DNA from: Octopus bimaculoides
Lineage: Eukaryota
DNA length: 64,000 bases
Direction: 5' to 3'
NCBI RefSeq assembly: GCF_001194135.2
Contig: NC_068982.1
Span: 128,781,649-128,845,648, forward strand
Position numbers and translations under genes: made by a program. The notes beneath the pieces were generated by a model. That model did no database searches. It was not told the DNA's origin and was given only the letters and a program-made list of their open reading frames with translations. This document shows, piece by piece, positions 61,501-64,000 of the stretch (its first letter is position 1; the number at the start of each line of letters is the position of its first letter).

Positions 61501-61920
61501 AACCTCATCAGATTTTAAAAGAGGAATAGTTATTTGGGATACTTCATCTGTAGATTTACTTGAAATAGATATTTCAGATAAGTTTTGGCTTTCAATTTGT
61601 GAAATATCTGATAAGTTTTCATCCATAATAATATCAGATTTTGTAACATCTGTTTGAATCAAAGGTGAAATCTGTTCAGATGTTTGCAAAACATGATCAG
61701 AAACCACACCAGATAATTGTTCTTGTTTATCAGAGACAATATCAGTTGTAATGCTTTCAGTTACTTGGTAAGTACTAACATCAACTTTAGTTGGAAGGAT
61801 CTTAGATGTACTTTCCATTTTATCATCTGTAGCAATAGTCAGTGATACAGCTTCCTGTGACACTTCAGGAGAAATTTCTATGATCTGTTCTTCTTTCTGG
61901 GGCAGCTCAATTGTTTCAGG
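1..61920 (-). CDS. TTN: Giant titin/connectin-like Ig/Fn3 muscle protein gene, partial (52 exons in window, open at both ends)
   Basis: 52 exons with GT..AG boundaries and compatible phases encode 30 I-set Ig domains, 6 intracellular-type Fn3 domains (W.PP..DGGSPI..Y..E.R) and acidic repeats. One Ig carries WSKGKWMKLQDGGRI..NEHG, resembling vertebrate titin I80 as recalled. Family-level call; orthology not tested. Confidence 0.88.
637..939 (-). CDS. TTN: Exon 51: Fn3 (VPDAPINVRM...SDGGSPIIGYIIERK)
   Basis: CAG/GTAAGT, 303 nt, phase 1 to 1. Confidence 0.95.
1384..1686 (-). CDS. TTN: Exon 50: Fn3 (KPSKPQNLKV...SDGGSEITKYIIEKRD)
   Basis: TAG/GTAAGT, 303 nt, phase 1 to 1. Confidence 0.95.
2441..2666 (+). 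mobile_element. Intronic SINE-like repeat, family A
   Basis: ggcatgtaaaaagcac...actctcggagtggttggtgttaggaagggcatccagctgtagaaac...catgccagcatggaa, recurring at 37598, 40655 and 32270. Confidence 0.85.
3117..3404 (-). CDS. TTN: Exon 49: A-band-type Ig (HPQLEYDNRLQSTQNFKVG...DGGVYTIVAENSVG)
   Basis: CAG/GTAAC, 288 nt, phase 1 to 1. Confidence 0.95.
3489..3680 (+). mobile_element. Intronic SINE-like repeat, family B (degenerate)
   Basis: Similar to copies at 6311 and 55565 (aaggatgaaaggcaaa.ttgacct...tttgaactcagaac core). Confidence 0.75.
3850..3940 (-). mobile_element. Partial family C SINE head
   Basis: gactatagcaggagacacttgctcaaggt matches the copy at 47690-47725. Confidence 0.55.
4205..4377 (-). 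CDS. TTN: Exon 48: C-half Ig (FKGDTAIKKNSKY...DTAVYSCKFSNALG)
   Basis: CAG/GTAAGT, 173 nt, phase 2 to 1; not in ORF track. Confidence 0.93.
4493..4607 (-). CDS. TTN: Exon 47: N-half Ig (GKPPKILEPLTDVTF...GEPKAEIKW)
   Basis: CAG/GTAAAT, 115 nt, phase 1 to 2. Confidence 0.93.
4714..4790. other. Assembly gap (77 N) inside a (TA)n tract
   Basis: N run. Confidence 0.99.
4843..4960 (+). mobile_element. Family A SINE 3' fragment
   Basis: tccaacccatgccagtatggaaagtggatgtaaaac tail shared with 37810 and 57120. Confidence 0.65.
5395..5700 (-). CDS. TTN: Exon 46: Fn3 (KPSRPDTPLV...DDGGSPIFNYVIEYR)
   Basis: CAG/GTAAT, 306 nt, phase 1 to 1. Confidence 0.95.
6311..6505 (+). mobile_element. Family B SINE-like repeat
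   Basis: ctaggcacaaggccc...tggtacttaatttatcgaccccgaaaagatgaaaggcaaa...cagaacgtaaagacagacgaaatac. Confidence 0.8.
6941..7243 (-). CDS. TTN: Exon 45: Fn3 (RPDAPDAPTV...EDGGSPIIGYHLEK)
   Basis: CAG/GTGAGT, 303 nt, phase 1 to 1. Confidence 0.95.
7395..7860. repeat. (ATT)n/(ATC)n low-complexity region
   Basis: Imperfect trinucleotide tracts. Confidence 0.85.
9502..9798 (-). CDS. TTN: Exon 44: Fn3 (KPGPVRDLQV...DNGGSSITAYIVEKRE)
   Basis: TAG/GTATGT, 297 nt, phase 1 to 1. Confidence 0.95.
10552..10836 (-). CDS. TTN: Exon 43: A-band-type Ig (APEYTLADKYKEVITIKAGENTSVSIPFSGFPIPKATW)
   Basis: TAG/GTAAC, 285 nt, phase 1 to 1. Confidence 0.95.
10949..11218 (-). CDS. TTN: Exon 42: Ig (GEVKFIKELEDQTVEKIPGEATFTCE...DVADYSM)
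   Basis: CAG/GTAAAA, 270 nt, phase 1 to 1. Confidence 0.94.
12087..12353 (-). CDS. TTN: Exon 41: Ig (EPLEFLSPLKDQEVMENDDILLVCE...DEANYEF)
   Basis: CAG/GTAAGT, 267 nt, phase 1 to 1. Confidence 0.94.
13549..14505. other. Assembly gap (957 N), intronic
   Basis: N run. Confidence 0.99.
15268..16338 (-). CDS. TTN: Exon 40: 357-aa D/Q/K/S/N-rich non-domain exon with 7x GQSAEY/GQRAGY; probably alternative or terminal
   Basis: ORF 15206-16369 (387 aa). CAG acceptor in phase 1; weak donor A|GTATTA would give 1071 nt (phase 1 to 1). Otherwise the frame runs on to the stop at 15206-15208. Confidence 0.72.
15313..15446 (-). repeat. Coding 18-bp repeat x7 plus partial (GQSAEY x5, GQRAGY x2)
   Basis: Units tttggccatattctgcac and tttggccatatcctgctc in perfect register. 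Confidence 0.95.
16541..16967 (-). mobile_element. Near full-length tRNA-derived SINE, family C
   Basis: Minus-strand head caggcatggctgtgtg..aggaagcttgc, internal (CA)n, tail actgaaaccagt; homologous to 34420 and 47391. Confidence 0.8.
17721..17987 (-). CDS. TTN: Exon 39: Ig (EPVQFLKPLKDIKIMEKEKAVMECE...DEGEYTI)
   Basis: CAG/GTAGGT, 267 nt, phase 1 to 1. Confidence 0.94.
18655..18921 (-). CDS. TTN: Exon 38: Ig (LPAAFKKPLNDVHVTEKQEAILECQ...DEADYSC)
   Basis: TAG/GTAAT, 267 nt, phase 1 to 1. Confidence 0.94.
19528..19794 (-). CDS. TTN: Exon 37: Ig (LPATFKTNLKDVTVKEKQTATLKCE...DKAEYTC)
   Basis: CAG/GTACT, 267 nt, phase 1 to 1. Confidence 0.94.
20032..20301 (-). CDS. TTN: Exon 36: Ig (EELVFTTDMEDKTIKETESAEFTCE...DQEEYTC)
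   Basis: CAG/GTAAAT, 270 nt, phase 1 to 1. Confidence 0.94.
21233..21511 (-). CDS. TTN: Exon 35: Ig (TPLVFIKELNNVVV...DDGLYSCKAG)
   Basis: CAG/GTAAT, 279 nt, phase 1 to 1. Confidence 0.93.
22255..22435 (+). mobile_element. 3' end fragment of an RTE-like non-LTR retrotransposon
   Basis: 22267-22389 reads RWLDNIHS...SDRALWRRCLGTAAL*, like the RWxD...DRxxWR C-terminus of RTE-clade ORFs, followed by a (GGAT)-type tail. Confidence 0.6.
24355..24850 (-). mobile_element. Family A SINE with an internal ~40-bp tandem array
   Basis: catttaacgtcc..tgctggcatgagttggac and ttttacatgcca are reverse complements of family A; repeated gcctccatgaggccca...aaaggaactcagccac at 24630-24850. Confidence 0.8.
25016..25388. 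mobile_element. Non-autonomous Tc1/mariner-type MITE
   Basis: Perfect 18-bp terminal inverted repeat tatatcgttgctattatg (25016-25033) / cataatagcaacgatata (25371-25388) with TA ends; internal IR tcgtatct/agatacga. Confidence 0.72.
26925..27194 (-). CDS. TTN: Exon 34: Ig (LPAKFVQKIRDKSVKELGRTEFSCEVSRPGAPVKW...)
   Basis: CAG/GTGAGG, 270 nt, phase 1 to 1. Confidence 0.93.
28213..28479 (-). CDS. TTN: Exon 33: Ig (VPPDFVDVIKDLTVPEKGEAVFQCKT...ECRAKLTVT)
   Basis: CAG/GTAAG, 267 nt, phase 1 to 1; not in ORF track. Confidence 0.93.
28599..28666. repeat. (GT)n microsatellite
   Basis: Direct reading. Confidence 0.95.
28681..28998 (+). mobile_element. tRNA-derived SINE, family D
   Basis: Pol III A box tggcccagtggttagg and B-box-like ggtttcaattccc; follows a (GT)n tract. 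Confidence 0.75.
29405..29663 (-). CDS. TTN: Exon 32: Ig resembling titin I83 (ATFECELFVADVIVSW...SPKYNFKANGKVHTMVI)
   Basis: CAG/GTAAGT, 259 nt, phase 0 to 1. Confidence 0.93.
30091..30285 (-). CDS. TTN: Exon 31: K/E/D-rich insertion part 2 (LDEFKDK...GFKTVKKT)
   Basis: TAG/GTGAGA, 195 nt, phase 0 to 0. Confidence 0.9.
30663..30828 (-). CDS. TTN: Exon 30: charged unique insertion part 1 (EQEEREIEEDAGFDINLRKVELEE...DLKKRDMPE)
   Basis: TAG/GTAAGT, 166 nt, phase 2 to 0; not in ORF track. Confidence 0.9.
31486..31592. repeat. (AGAT)n microsatellite
   Basis: Direct reading. Confidence 0.95.
31739..32024 (-). CDS. TTN: Exon 29: titin N2A I80-like Ig (WSKGKWMKLQDGGRI...NEHG) plus DWKAGLKHR
   Basis: AAG acceptor, AG|GTAAAA donor, 286 nt, phase 1 to 2. 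Confidence 0.93.
32270..32476 (+). mobile_element. Family A SINE fragment next to the exon 28 donor
   Basis: gttggcattaggaaggcatccagccatagaaaccatgcc core. Confidence 0.75.
32490..32716 (-). CDS. TTN: Exon 28: C-half Ig plus start of the I80-like Ig (RAPEFIEVPQKCTILE)
   Basis: TAG/GTAATC, 227 nt, phase 2 to 1. Confidence 0.93.
32879..32990 (-). CDS. TTN: Exon 27: N-half Ig (VKKPSFVKKPVDKLVPENGSVTFECKVSGQPSPTVTW)
   Basis: CAG/GTTAGT, 112 nt, phase 1 to 2; not in ORF track. Confidence 0.92.
33443..33615 (-). CDS. TTN: Exon 26: C-half Ig (LKGNKELTEDD...DAGLFTARAVNSAG)
   Basis: AAG acceptor, GTAAG donor, 173 nt, phase 2 to 1. Confidence 0.92.
34420..34755 (-). mobile_element. Family C SINE
   Basis: cttgtttcagtcatt...gccatgctggggcac...gactatagtagaagac..ccacacagccacgc. 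Confidence 0.8.
34968..35082 (-). CDS. TTN: Exon 25: N-half Ig (KKETPKFIKKLEN...GKPKPNVVW)
   Basis: CAG/GTTAGT, 115 nt, phase 1 to 2. Confidence 0.92.
35280..35665 (-). mobile_element. Composite of family A and family C SINE fragments
   Basis: ctctctacagctgggtgctcttcct (reverse complement of the family A core) plus ctaccaaatccattcacaaggctttggttgacc (family C). Confidence 0.65.
35792..36091 (-). CDS. TTN: Exon 24: whole Ig domain (APVFTRKL...DAGIIKAVAKNIAG)
   Basis: TAG/GTAAC, 300 nt, phase 1 to 1; ORF 35784-36116. Confidence 0.94.
36253..36419 (-). CDS. TTN: Exon 23: 167-nt exon, Ig module 12 C-half
   Basis: TAG/GTAAT; DDKPITS...QSGTYKCVATNAVGTAEC; phase 2 to 1. Confidence 0.93.
36758..36834 (-). 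CDS. TTN: Exon 22: 77-nt exon, Ig module 12 (KIMEDQPFEIKCKVTGDPKPTIKWFK)
   Basis: TAG/GTAAGT, phase 0 to 2. Confidence 0.93.
37598..37880 (+). mobile_element. Family A SINE
   Basis: Well-preserved copy ending in a gatgat tail. Confidence 0.85.
38277..38356 (-). CDS. TTN: Exon 21: K/E/P linker plus start of Ig module 12 (KPKDEKKEPVEKAKIPPKFEDVTEST)
   Basis: TAG/GTAAG, 80 nt, phase 1 to 0. Confidence 0.9.
39716..40536 (-). CDS. TTN: Exon 20: 821-nt exon with end of Ig module 9 and intronless modules 10-11 with EKKP linkers
   Basis: CAG/GTCAGT, phase 2 to 1; includes ORF 39708-40262. Confidence 0.94.
40655..40805 (+). mobile_element. Family A SINE 3' part
   Basis: gagtggttggcattaggaaacgcatccagccatagaaacc...gatgatgatg. 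Confidence 0.75.
40850..40926 (-). CDS. TTN: Exon 19: 77-nt exon, Ig module 9 (VLKVNEELVLESKVTGEPKPTVKWFK)
   Basis: CAG/GTAAGT, phase 0 to 2. Confidence 0.93.
41327..41364 (-). CDS. TTN: Exon 18: 38-nt exon, Ig module 9 (VKPEFEEVIQPS)
   Basis: CAG/GTAAGT, phase 1 to 0. Confidence 0.9.
42180..42346 (-). CDS. TTN: Exon 17: 167-nt exon, Ig module 8 C-half
   Basis: TAG/GTAAGT; DGKEIKTSSKYK...DSGVYKCVATNSAGSAECEA; phase 2 to 1. Confidence 0.93.
42690..43020 (-). mobile_element. Decayed non-LTR retrotransposon fragment (CR1/L2/Jockey-type, post-RT region)
   Basis: Minus strand at 42954-42992 reads FKAQLRPTAEYCSYA*, matching the YKAQxRPxxEYCSxxW motif. Confidence 0.6.
43332..43408 (-). CDS. TTN: Exon 16: 77-nt exon, Ig module 8 (TKKADEEVEMRCKVTGEPKPTVKWFK)
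   Basis: TAG/GTAAGT, phase 0 to 2. Confidence 0.93.
43653..43690 (-). CDS. TTN: Exon 15: 38-nt exon, Ig module 8 (RKPEFEEVLQPV)
   Basis: CAG/GTAAGT, phase 1 to 0. Confidence 0.9.
44071..44237 (-). CDS. TTN: Exon 14: 167-nt exon, Ig module 7 C-half
   Basis: CAG/GTTAGT; DNKEIKNTSKNK...EAGIYKCVATNSAGTAECEA; phase 2 to 1. Confidence 0.93.
44340..45300 (+). mobile_element. Decayed LINE reverse-transcriptase remnant, antisense to host gene
   Basis: Frameshifted LDISKTFYYIFHENLQVKL (LDxSKAFDxVxH) and GILQDSVMSSNLFFLYIN (GVPQGSxLSPxLFxxYIN); YADD motif destroyed. Confidence 0.75.
45549..45625 (-). CDS. TTN: Exon 13: 77-nt exon, Ig module 7 (TLKADEPLELKCTVIGEPKPTVKWFK)
   Basis: CAG/GTAAGT, phase 0 to 2. 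Confidence 0.93.
45859..45896 (-). CDS. TTN: Exon 12: 38-nt exon, Ig module 7 (QKPEFEEILQPV)
   Basis: TAG/GTAGGT, phase 1 to 0. Confidence 0.9.
46640..46806 (-). CDS. TTN: Exon 11: 167-nt exon, Ig module 6 C-half
   Basis: CAG/GTTAGT; NDKEIKNTSK...EAGIYKCVATNSAGSAECEA; phase 2 to 1. Confidence 0.93.
47391..47793 (-). mobile_element. Near full-length family C SINE
   Basis: Head gtgcaggcatggctgtgtggtaagaagcttt..ccacgtagttctaggttcaatctcactgc on the minus strand. Confidence 0.85.
47850..47926 (-). CDS. TTN: Exon 10: 77-nt exon, Ig module 6 (TVKTNEVVELTCEVTGEPKPTIKWFK)
   Basis: TAG/GTAAGT, phase 0 to 2. Confidence 0.93.
48032..48069 (-). CDS. TTN: Exon 9: 38-nt exon, Ig module 6 (QAPEFVKVLEPA)
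   Basis: TAG/GTAAGT, phase 1 to 0; paralogous to the other 38-nt exons. Confidence 0.9.
48441..48607 (-). CDS. TTN: Exon 8: 167-nt exon, Ig module 5 C-half (DNVEIKP...EAGLYKCVATNPAG)
   Basis: CAG/GTATGT, phase 2 to 1. Confidence 0.93.
49493..49569 (-). CDS. TTN: Exon 7: 77-nt exon, Ig module 5 (SIKNEESLNLVCKVTGEPKPTIKWFK)
   Basis: CAG/GTAAGT, phase 0 to 2. Confidence 0.93.
49696..50821 (-). CDS. TTN: Exon 6: 1126-nt exon with end of Ig module 1, intronless modules 2-4 (297-bp unit) and start of module 5
   Basis: ORF 49624-50766. The GEPKPT codons recur at 49951, 50248 and 50545 (297-bp spacing). TAG acceptor, GTAAGT donor, phase 2 to 0. Confidence 0.95.
51781..51857 (-). CDS. TTN: Exon 5: 77-nt exon of Ig module 1 (SFKVSDSMELKCKFSGEPKPTVKWFK)
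   Basis: TAG acceptor, AA|GTGAGT donor, phase 0 to 2. Confidence 0.93.
51982..52034 (-). CDS. TTN: Exon 4: Ig module 1 start (KKDLKKKPVLEEVFNSA)
   Basis: CAG acceptor, GTAAGT donor, 53 nt, phase 1 to 0. Confidence 0.9.
52212..52384 (-). CDS. TTN: Exon 3: C-half of Ig (YKNGVQIKPSEHF...DTAEYTCKATNNVGS)
   Basis: TAG acceptor, G|GTATG donor, 173 nt, phase 2 to 1; DxAxYxC motif. Confidence 0.94.
52790..53250 (+). mobile_element. Decayed LINE fragment
   Basis: 52861 onward reads LGIIFWSRNNFPSEQLLIHYKVKMNPTL, resembling LGxLxRxRxxFxxEQLLxLYKAQIRPTLEY. Confidence 0.55.
53415..53557 (-). CDS. TTN: Exon 2: linker plus N-half of Ig (EQDLQDVTAEFTIAPSFTKKLDDKQ...APSPEITW)
   Basis: TAG acceptor, TG|GTAAG donor, 143 nt, phase 0 to 2; not in ORF track. 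Confidence 0.92.
55365..55760 (+). mobile_element. Two tandem degenerate family B SINEs
   Basis: Two copies of the ggatgaaagg..aa...tttgaactca core separated by (GAT)n. Confidence 0.7.
55801..55926 (+). repeat. 21-bp purine-rich minisatellite x6
   Basis: ggagaagactggagagaagaa, perfect copies. Confidence 0.95.
56830..56965 (-). mobile_element. tRNA-derived SINE head fragment
   Basis: Minus strand ggtggttagggaattagcctcac...gagttttattccc...ttgagcaaggcacttcat. Confidence 0.55.
57015..57175 (+). mobile_element. Family A SINE 3' part
   Basis: cagtcaaatcgtccaacccatgctggcatggaaagcggacgttaaacgatgacgatgatg. Confidence 0.75.
57591..61920 (-). CDS. TTN: Exon 1 (in window): giant acidic E/D/S/T/V/I/K-rich unique exon with 47-aa and 14-aa tandem repeats
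   Basis: ORFs 58018-61953 and 57528-58334. Acceptor tttattaAAG|CCT at 61921-61923; donor GAG|GTAAAT at 57590, phase 0, matching exon 2. After removing the false gap the length is 4017 nt = 1339 codons. Confidence 0.85.
57878..58506 (-). repeat. Coding tandem repeat, 42 bp / 14 aa (IEEEKPVDTEVAFQ), interrupted by an N gap
   Basis: 7 full units plus a partial unit right of the gap. The copies left of the gap are an assembly overlap. Confidence 0.93.
58027..58190. other. Assembly gap (164 N), probably a false gap between overlapping contigs
   Basis: 57878-58026 is identical to 58191-58339. Confidence 0.9.
58870..60702 (-). repeat. Coding tandem repeat, 141 bp / 47 aa x 13
   Basis: DIPKSMVGVAQEHITENIVSDIKDVSVEEISVVDSEKKPEKSEATLT and variants. 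Unit 1 starts at 60702 and unit 13 at 59010 (12 x 141); the last unit is degenerate. Confidence 0.95.
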
Positions 61921-61922
61921 CT

Positions 61923-62087
61923 TTAATAAATGTGAGCCATCATTAAAGTTCAAGAGTTTAATTGGTTGTTATTTTAAAAAGCAAATCAGCCAGTGGGCAG
62001 CCGGTCATGCATGCATTTAAAAGCAGCGATGGTCACAGACACGTGTACAGATATCATGAACACACAGATATAAGACAAAACAACGTA
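61923..62087 (-). promoter_or_regulatory. Putative splicing-regulatory region: 165-nt AG-exclusion zone with two overlapping TGCATG (RBFOX-type) motifs
   Basis: No AG on the minus strand between the acceptor and 62088; plus-strand catgca at 62006-62011 and 62010-62015; locally GC-richer. Confidence 0.55.
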
Positions 62088-62941
62088 CTTCTAATACATA
62101 AAAGCTACTGATAAATTTCAACATAATGAACAATAAGTATCAACATAATAAACAACATGCTGTACAATGAAACATATGTTTCACAGTTTTGACATTTATG
62201 TTAAAACTATATCATAGTTGCAAATGTTACAGAAATTTTATATACACATGACTTTTGGGGCTTTTCTAGTTTTCTTTTTACTTTAATTACAATTTGAATA
62301 AGAGATACTGAGTTAAGTTTTCTTTAAAATAAAGGTAATCGAAAGCACTTCAGTTAAATAGTGTTTTGAAAATACTTAGAAATATGTGAAATTTCATTAA
62401 AGAAAACTACAATAAATTTTAAAAAGCTAGAATATATATTTAATACATTTAAATATTCGCAATAAAATATTTAATAAATATTAAATATATAAATATGAAT
62501 CATAAAAAAATAACACAGAAGAGAAATAAAATATAGTTTTAACATAATTAAAAAACAATACACACATTTGACATTAAGTGAAATTGTCAAAACTTCAGAA
62601 TATAATTTACAAACAACAAAAGCTGCAGGTACAAATAAGCATATTTCAAAGGTGCCGTAAAAAAAATGGAATTCTAAGGTATCTATATGTTAAGCTAATT
62701 AACTATTACATAAGAATAAAGATTAATTAACATTTGAATGTATTCACCTGTTAAAATGGAACACCAATAAATATTTCCTCTGATCTCTCTATATATATAT
62801 TTATATATACTCACACTTTGCTTATATTTCCACTTACATATGCATGTATGCACACACATATTGTGTGCGTATATGTGTATATATATATATATGTATGTAT
62901 ATATCAAAAAATAAGCAACACGGATTTCTAAACCGTCTATG

Positions 62942-63049
<108 letters not shown>

Positions 63050-63400
63050 AGTATATACATACACTGTACTTTCTTTAAAAAACAAGTGGAATAAAGACAA
63101 TTTCTTGAAAAATAGGAAAGGTTTATGATAAAAGAATTGTCATCCACCAAATAACATCATGTTTTATGTGCATATGTATCTGTACATAATACAATGTATC
63201 ATACACACACACACATATATATATTATGTGATATGCAGACAACATTCACACACATGCACACAATACACAAACCCACACATGCTCACTCTCACTCCTCTCC
63301 ATTATTCACATACATACATGCATATCATTGTCATCATTTAACGGCCGCTTTCCATACTGGCATGAGTTTGACAACATTTATGTGTGTGTGTGTGTGTGTG

Positions 63401-63910
63401 TATAAGAAAAACAGAAGTTGAAAATGCCCTGAGAATAGTTAAAATATCTTTTATTAATATATTCAAAGCTTTAACCAGTTTCACAGTTTACACTGATTTT
63501 CAAAACGTTCAAATAGAAAGACGTGGCTTATGTCACAGCTGTCTTGCTTCTGACTAGTGTTTCAAGCTTGCCCTATTTTTATAGGGGGTTCATGACTCAA
63601 ATTAGTATATGTTTGAATAGGATTTGATTGGTAGAGAATAGAAAACTATGCCTAACAGGAATTGTACGATTAAGAAAACAGGGACAAATCAATTGTAGAA
63701 ACAATTAATTTGAGCCATAAACTCCCAATAAAAATAGAGCAAGCTTCAAACACTAGTCAGAAGCTAGTCAGCTGCAACATAAGCCATGTCTTTTTATTTG
63801 AACGTTTTGAAAATCATTGTAAACTGTGAAACCGGTTAAAGTTTTAAATGTATTAACAAAAAAATATTCTAACTATTCTCAGTGCATTTTCAACTTATAT
63901 TTTCCCTATA
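63401..63910. mobile_element. Foldback/MITE-like element with ~200-bp inverted arms
   Basis: 63415-63605 aligns to the reverse complement of about 63705-63896 with scattered mismatches; TATA at both outer ends. Confidence 0.85.
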
Positions 63911-63956
63911 TTTCTACCTTTGTAGAATAAAATAACTTTGTTCTCTCTCTCTCTCT

Positions 63957-64000
<44 letters not shown>

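Overview
AT-rich eukaryotic genomic DNA. The microsatellites and SINE families look like octopus/coleoid cephalopod (inference). The window holds the middle of one giant titin/connectin-like muscle gene on the minus strand; neither its start nor its stop is in the window. I reconstructed 52 coding exons by hand from GT-AG sites, and the reading-frame phases join at every junction (about 15.9 kb CDS, about 5,300 aa). Transcript order: a giant acidic low-complexity exon (47-aa x13 and 14-aa repeats); 1 Ig; an array of 12 paralogous Cys-rich Ig modules; 3 Ig; an Ig resembling vertebrate titin N2A I80 plus a charged insertion; 8 Ig; a 357-aa unique exon with GQSAEY repeats; then Ig, Ig-Ig-Fn3-Fn3-Fn3, Ig-Ig-Fn3-Fn3-Fn3 (30 Ig and 6 Fn3 in total). 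Many exons, including 38- and 77-nt ones, are missing from the ORF track. Introns carry SINEs, decayed LINEs, a TA-flanked MITE, a roughly 500-bp foldback element, microsatellites and three assembly gaps, one of which appears to be a false gap. Main points of interest: vertebrate-titin-like I-band layout without PEVK at the usual site; the same Ig module encoded both as three exons and intronless; a possible Novex-3-like exon; a five-domain super-repeat; and a 165-nt AG-free zone with tandem TGCATG before the giant exon.
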